Positions 59,174 to 64,000 of a stretch of DNA of 64,000 nucleotides are shown piece by piece. The position numbers and the translations under genes were made by a program. Each line of letters starts with the position of its first letter. The stretch's first letter is position 1. The stretch comes from Nitrospirota bacterium (GTDB lineage Bacteria; Nitrospirota; Thermodesulfovibrionia; Thermodesulfovibrionales; JdFR-85). The stretch lies in the NCBI GenBank assembly GCA_015492645.1, contig WGER01000001.1, positions 15,926 through 79,925 of the forward strand. Reading direction: 5' to 3'. The notes below the pieces were generated by a model, which ran no database searches, was not told the DNA's origin, and saw only the letters and a program-made list of their open reading frames with translations.

Positions 59174-60514
59174 ATGCCGGAAGGCTGTTACAGGCTTCTT
59201 GTGGTGGATGATGAAAGGAATATAAGAAGGGCTCTTGAGAAGTTCTTCAAACAGAAAGGATTTTATGTGGAGACAGCAAGGAGTTATGAAGAGGCCGTTT
59301 CAAGACTCCAGCAGAACAACTTTGATCTGGTACTCACTGACATGCGTCTGCCCGGCAGATCAGGCTTAGAACTCCTCAAATGGATCAAACACCACTCTGC
59401 TGATGTGCCGGTTGTTGTGATTACCGCTTATGGCAGTATTGAAAACGCTGTAGAGGCGATGAAGGCTGGTGCATCTAATTATATTACAAAGCCGGTTGAT
59501 CTCACAGAGATATTTGCCATCGTTAGACATACACTGATACACAGTGGGCATATAGGTGTTGCTGAGACAGCAGAAAAACCCAATTATGGAATAATCGGGC
59601 AGAGTCGTGCAATAAAAGAAATTATGGCCATAATTGAAGCGGTGAGCACAAGCCGGTCTACTATATTGATTACCGGAGAATCAGGTACAGGCAAGGAGTT
59701 AGTTGCAAGGGCGATACATAGTGCCTCAGCAAGAAAAGGTCCTTTTGTTCCTATTAATTGTGCTGCTATACCTTCAGAGTTAATAGAGAATGAACTCTTT
59801 GGCCACGAGGCGGGTGCATACACAGGAGCAACAACCACAAAAAGGGGTAAGGTTGAGATTGCAAATGGGGGAACCCTCTTCCTTGATGAGATTGCCGAAA
59901 TGCCCATCCAGATGCAGGTGAAGTTACTGAGGTTCATTCAGGATAGAGAGTTTTATAGAGTGGGTGGAACCCTTCCCCTGAGTTCAGACTGTCGGATTAT
60001 AGCGGCCACCAATAAAGATATTGAGGAGGAGGTCACAGGAGGAAGATTCAGAGAAGACCTATACTGGAGATTGAATGTGATCCATATTCACGTCCCTCCA
60101 TTGAGGGAGCGGATGGAGGATATCCCCAAACTTGCTATGTCATTTTTGAGAAGATTTGCAGAAGAAAATCATAAACTCGTTACAGGTATTGAAGAAACAG
60201 CTATGGAAGCCTTAATGAGGTATAAATGGCCGGGAAATGTCAGGGAACTGGAGAATGTGATAGAAAGAGCGGTGGTGCTCACCAAGGGCCAAACCATTAC
60301 ACTCAGTGACCTGCCTCACAGGATAAGCAAAGTTGACAACACCTACTACACTGATCTTGCCCTGTTGTCAAGTATGAAACTCTCGGAAATTGAAAAGGCT
60401 GCTGTTATTAGAGCCCTGCAAGAGGAGAACTGGAACCAGACACGTGCAGCAAAAAGACTCGGGATAACACGAAGACAATTGAGAACAAAGATGCTCAAGT
60501 ACGGGCTTCTTTAA
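59174..60514 (+). CDS. sigma54-dependent NtrC-family response regulator
   Basis: Receiver, GESGTGKE, GAYTGA, WPGNVREL and Fis-type HTH. Confidence 0.96.
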   Translation: MPEGCYRLLVVDDERNIRRALEKFFKQKGFYVETARSYEEAVSRLQQNNFDLVLTDMRLPGRSGLELLKWIKHHSADVPVVVITAYGSIENAVEAMKAGASNYITKPVDLTEIFAIVRHTLIHSGHIGVAETAEKPNYGIIGQSRAIKEIMAIIEAVSTSRSTILITGESGTGKELVARAIHSASARKGPFVPINCAAIPSELIENELFGHEAGAYTGATTTKRGKVEIANGGTLFLDEIAEMPIQMQVKLLRFIQDREFYRVGGTLPLSSDCRIIAATNKDIEEEVTGGRFREDLYWRLNVIHIHVPPLRERMEDIPKLAMSFLRRFAEENHKLVTGIEETAMEALMRYKWPGNVRELENVIERAVVLTKGQTITLSDLPHRISKVDNTYYTDLALLSSMKLSEIEKAAVIRALQEENWNQTRAAKRLGITRRQLRTKMLKYGLL

Positions 60515-60517
60515 ATC

Positions 60518-60621
60518 TGTTCATTTTAGTACACCATAGGACTCATCTCAGGGGCATTTTTGTCCAGACGTCCTTGGAAGTTGTCTAAAAATCAGGATTT
60601 GACACTGGCACGAAATATGAA
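60518..60621 (+). promoter_or_regulatory. probable sigma54 promoter of yeeE-DUF302 with two candidate enhancer sites
   Basis: TGGCAC-GAAAT-ATGAA (60606, imperfect -12); TGTTCATTTTAGTACA (60518) and GGGGCATTTTTGTCCA (60551). Confidence 0.6.
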
Positions 60622-60662
60622 ATCTCTTTCTGAATAAGAATCCCGTTAAAAAGGAGGCCTGA

Positions 60663-61892
60663 ATGAGAAAGAAGGAGATTCTCTGGTACATTTTCTTCAC
60701 AGGCTCGTTTCTGGGGCTCCTGGTCCTGATACTCAAACTCAAATCTCTTGGGGGTATTAACACGGATATGCTTACAGAAGAGGAAGTCTCTGCATTAAAG
60801 GAGTCTGTGAGAATGTGTGTCTTACTTGGTGGGCTACTGATTGGATTGATGCTGGGAGCCGTATTACAGAGGTCCATGCTCTGTCTTGTTATAGCATGCC
60901 ATGATGTAATAACCTTTAGAGACCTGACACAGATGAGGGCATTTGCTATCGCTGTATTTGTGGCAATATTGGGGACCCAGGTGCTGTACAGGATCGGAGA
61001 GGTGAATATAGAATACAGCATTTATCTTTCCACACCTTTTACCCCTGTCAGTTATATGGTGGGAGGGTTACTCTTTGGCTTTGGTATAGTCTTGGCTGGT
61101 GGATGTGCGGGCAGAATTTTGGTTTCCGCTGCTGAAGGTAATCTCTCGGGCCTCTTGAGTCTCATGGCCTTTGTATTTTCTTCTGGAGCCACCCTCTGGG
61201 GAGTTACAGCATGGATAAGGACAGACCTGCTTGATCGTTTCGTGCTCAGGATCTCGAGTCAGTATATACCAGAATTGATGAAAATGTTTCCGTGGTGGAT
61301 GAGCATTTTTCTGATAGGAGGTCCCTTGCTCCTATTTGTACTGAGGGCACCAAGAACCTCAAACTGGTGGTCATGGAAGTGGTTATTTACAGGCATCTCT
61401 GTGGGGCTTATAATAGTGCTTGCATGGTGGATAAATGGGATCAGTCACAGATTGATGCCACAACTTGATCCATTTACCTATACAGGTGTCGATGACCAGA
61501 CATTACTTCAGTACTGGAGGCCAAAGAGCCTCACCTTTGCACTGGCAAATGCCCAAACATTCAGATATCTCTTTATCTGGACAGCGGAGCAAATGAACTT
61601 CGCCATAGCTTCTGTATTTGGTGTCCTCATGGGAGCATTCCTGAGTTCCCTAATCACCAAAACATTCAGGGTGGTGGCACCTGATCTCAGACAATTTAAG
61701 GATAGCCTCATTGGTGGTTCACTAATGGGATTTGGTGCAGTGGTGGCGAAGGGATGTAACATTGGTCAGGGTATGAGTGGCTTTTCCACCCTTTCCGCTG
61801 GAAGCCTCGTTACCGTTCTGTTTATAATATTAGGAGCCTTTGCTGGCTCTTACTACATGAACTGGAGGATCAGCAGAGAGGTGAAATTTTGA
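60663..61892 (+). CDS. yeeE: YeeE/YedE (TsuA-like) sulfur-compound transporter, Cys form
   Basis: RSMLC, LAGGCAG and AKGCNIG motifs; multi-TM. Confidence 0.92.
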   Translation: MRKKEILWYIFFTGSFLGLLVLILKLKSLGGINTDMLTEEEVSALKESVRMCVLLGGLLIGLMLGAVLQRSMLCLVIACHDVITFRDLTQMRAFAIAVFVAILGTQVLYRIGEVNIEYSIYLSTPFTPVSYMVGGLLFGFGIVLAGGCAGRILVSAAEGNLSGLLSLMAFVFSSGATLWGVTAWIRTDLLDRFVLRISSQYIPELMKMFPWWMSIFLIGGPLLLFVLRAPRTSNWWSWKWLFTGISVGLIIVLAWWINGISHRLMPQLDPFTYTGVDDQTLLQYWRPKSLTFALANAQTFRYLFIWTAEQMNFAIASVFGVLMGAFLSSLITKTFRVVAPDLRQFKDSLIGGSLMGFGAVVAKGCNIGQGMSGFSTLSAGSLVTVLFIILGAFAGSYYMNWRISREVKF

Positions 61893-62368
61893 GAGGCATT
61901 CAGGTTCTTCTGATATCCCTGCTGGCGGGATGTTCTTTGCTAATAAAACCAGATACCCAGAATTGTTCCTATGTAAGGTTTTCTGTTGATGGTGATTTTC
62001 AGGATGTGATGGAAACACTAAATATGGTTATAACAGACAGAGGGCTTGTAGTTTCACATACCTTTGATATTGCTGGTATGCTAAAAAGGACAGAGGAGGT
62101 TACAGGTATAAAAACCTCTTTCAACAATGCTGAGGTGATAGAATTTTGCAGTGCTGGACTCAGTAGCAAGATGCTATCTGAGAACCCTCATAGGATAATA
62201 TTCTGTCCTTACAGAATAGCAGTTTACACATTGTATGAGGAGCCTTCCAAGGTCTTTCTTTCATATAGACCACTGGCATGTTCAGGGTCCTCACCAATCC
62301 TCTTTCAGATTGACAGTCTTGTTGAATCTCTCATAAGAGAAACTATTAAATTTCAAGATCAATATTAG
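61889..62368 (+). CDS. DUF302-domain lipoprotein
   Basis: Lipobox LAGC, EFCSA and FCPY.I.VY. Confidence 0.82.
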   Translation: MRGIQVLLISLLAGCSLLIKPDTQNCSYVRFSVDGDFQDVMETLNMVITDRGLVVSHTFDIAGMLKRTEEVTGIKTSFNNAEVIEFCSAGLSSKMLSENPHRIIFCPYRIAVYTLYEEPSKVFLSYRPLACSGSSPILFQIDSLVESLIRETIKFQDQY

Positions 62369-62369
62369 T

Positions 62370-63113
62370 TCAGAACAGCACCTCACATGGGATATGGGCA
62401 TCATCAAATGCCTTCTTTAGTTGACTTGCCATTCTTGAAAAGAATTCATCCTTCATCGCCCATTGCAATCCATGTCTTCTGTACACCCAGTCAGCGTACC
62501 GGTAGTTCATCCGGTCTATCAGGACATAATCCACTCTGTCTTTCAGCACAATCACAAGACCCTCTGCTCCTGGCAGCATAGGTGCTATCATCGCTTGAGT
62601 CTTTATCCCCTCTGAACGGAGGATTGAAAGTGTCTCGAGCCGTTGTTCGATGGATGGTGCCTTCGGTTCAAATATTCTTTTTATCTCATTATCTGCTGTG
62701 GTAATTGTTATACAAACCACTATATTCTTTGATTTCTTGAGTACATCTATATCTCTCGTTACAAGTGGTGATTTTGTCTGCACTGTAACAGGCCAGTTAT
62801 TTTCGACCAGGATTTCAAGGCATCTCCTTGTGAGTCTGTATCTTCTCTCCACTGGCTGGTATGGATCGCATACACCACTTATCCATACCCTGCCAGGCCG
62901 CTTTTTTTCCACCTCTCTCTCCAGCAGATCGGTGGCATTTGTTTTTACATCGACGAAGTAGCCCCATGGTTCACGGTGGAGGGTAAACCTCCTCATAAAC
63001 CTCGCATAACAATATGTACAGCCAAAGGCACATCCCACATAAGGGTTAAGTGCATACTCAAAGACACGAGATTTTGAGAGGATGCCTTTCGCCTTGCTCT
63101 CTCTAATTCTCAT
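62370..63113 (-). CDS. radical SAM protein (SplB/Rv2578c-like)
   Basis: NPYVGCAFGCTYCYA, DPYQP.E and TKS.LV.RDID. Confidence 0.88.
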   Translation of the reverse strand: MRIRESKAKGILSKSRVFEYALNPYVGCAFGCTYCYARFMRRFTLHREPWGYFVDVKTNATDLLEREVEKKRPGRVWISGVCDPYQPVERRYRLTRRCLEILVENNWPVTVQTKSPLVTRDIDVLKKSKNIVVCITITTADNEIKRIFEPKAPSIEQRLETLSILRSEGIKTQAMIAPMLPGAEGLVIVLKDRVDYVLIDRMNYRYADWVYRRHGLQWAMKDEFFSRMASQLKKAFDDAHIPCEVLF

Positions 63114-63349
63114 TGAAAATTAATTTATTAAGTCTATTCCTCCACTCATTATATCACTAATCGGTATTTTAAACCCATGGTGTATATCCCAGATCTACCG
63201 TTAGAATCTTTGATCTTGTGGGGAGCCCCTACCGCGTGTTTTTGACCAAAAGTCTAACGGCAATTCGGATGCAGACCGGGTTTTTGTATAGATGATAAGG
63301 ATTGTTTTATAATTATTGTTCAACAGTCTATTTTTCTGGGAGGCGTGCA

Positions 63350-64000
63350 TTGGAAGAGACGACTGAATTGATCCTGCAGAGGAAGAGGAAACTCAAGGAA
63401 CTCCGTGAGATGGGTATAGACCCTTACGGGGGCCCCTATGAATGTACCCACTCGGCCGCTGAACTACTTGGGCAGTACCAGGACTATGATGGACAGGACC
63501 TGGAGCAGTTGTCAGTCAGGTGTTCGGTGGCCGGCAGACTGATGGCATGGAGGTCCTTTGGCAAGGCAGTATTCTCCCATCTGCAGGACGCCACAGGCCG
63601 GATTCAGGTCTACTTCAGGAAAGACATACTCGGTGAAAGGTTCTCTCTTCTCAAAAAACTGGATATAGGCGATATCATTGGTGTGAAGGGATACCTATTC
63701 AAGACAAAGACAGGTGAACTCACCATAATGGTTGAGGAGTTCGTCCTCCTCTCAAAGTGTCTGAGACCACTGCCTGAGAAGTGGCATGGTCTGAGGGACA
63801 TAGAGTTAAGATACAGACAGCGGTATCTCGATCTTATAGTGAACCCCCAGGTGAGAGAGACCTTCCTGAAGAGGGCAAGGATTATAAGATTTATAAGGCA
63901 GTTCCTTGAAAACGAAGGGTTTATAGAAGTGGAGACCCCGATGATGCAGCCAATCCCCGGGGGTGCCACTGCGAGGCCCTTCAAGACCCACCATAATGCA
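63350..64000 (+). CDS. lysS: lysine--tRNA ligase (class II), 3'-truncated by window edge
   Basis: TTG start after GGAGG; GIDPY, AGRLM, PLPEKWHGL, RYRQRYLDL, EVETPMM and GGATARPFKTHHN. Confidence 0.96.
   Translation, partial: MEETTELILQRKRKLKELREMGIDPYGGPYECTHSAAELLGQYQDYDGQDLEQLSVRCSVAGRLMAWRSFGKAVFSHLQDATGRIQVYFRKDILGERFSLLKKLDIGDIIGVKGYLFKTKTGELTIMVEEFVLLSKCLRPLPEKWHGLRDIELRYRQRYLDLIVNPQVRETFLKRARIIRFIRQFLENEGFIEVETPMMQPIPGGATARPFKTHHNA

Noticed and set aside
52690..63300. sox cluster as a tRNA-integrated genomic island
   Set aside because: It is adjacent to tRNA-Glu and looks somewhat AT-richer, but no integrase and no duplicated tRNA 3' end (att) were seen.

Overview
Bacterial chromosomal window with dense gene packing. 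Gene content and style suggest an anaerobic sulfur-cycling diderm, possibly Nitrospirota/Thermodesulfovibrionia (inference only). Housekeeping blocks are gap-pgk-ftsB, valS, nadC, rpsU-yqeY-nif3-dnaG-rpoD, yggS-proC-yggT-divIVA-hisS, aat, amiC, tRNA-Lys, tRNA-Glu and partial lysS. The most notable results are five. (1) Two genes split by the ORF caller are very probably selenoproteins read through in-frame UGA, each with a SECIS-like hairpin at matching distance: a heme-motif DsbC (UPFC) and a YeeE/YedE sulfur transporter (GGU-NVG). (2) A ~13 kb accessory locus (29.3-42.2 kb) holds two paralogous CxxCH/His/Cys-rich beta-propeller proteins, NosL and PCuAC copper chaperones, three MacB/FtsX-type permeases, two ATPases and two small CutF/CruR-like 'xxPP' leader peptides. 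It looks like an undescribed periplasmic metallo(Cu)-enzyme maturation system. (3) A soxW-dsrE-soxYZB cluster lacks soxAX/CD and is linked to a PhnD-like binding protein, kinase, sigma54 activator and a Cys-type YeeE; two sigma54 promoters share tandem upstream sites at the same spacing. (4) A four-repeat 11-bp-period promoter occurs twice. (5) Many genes appear to be leaderless. Gene remnants and dispersed intergenic repeats are also present.
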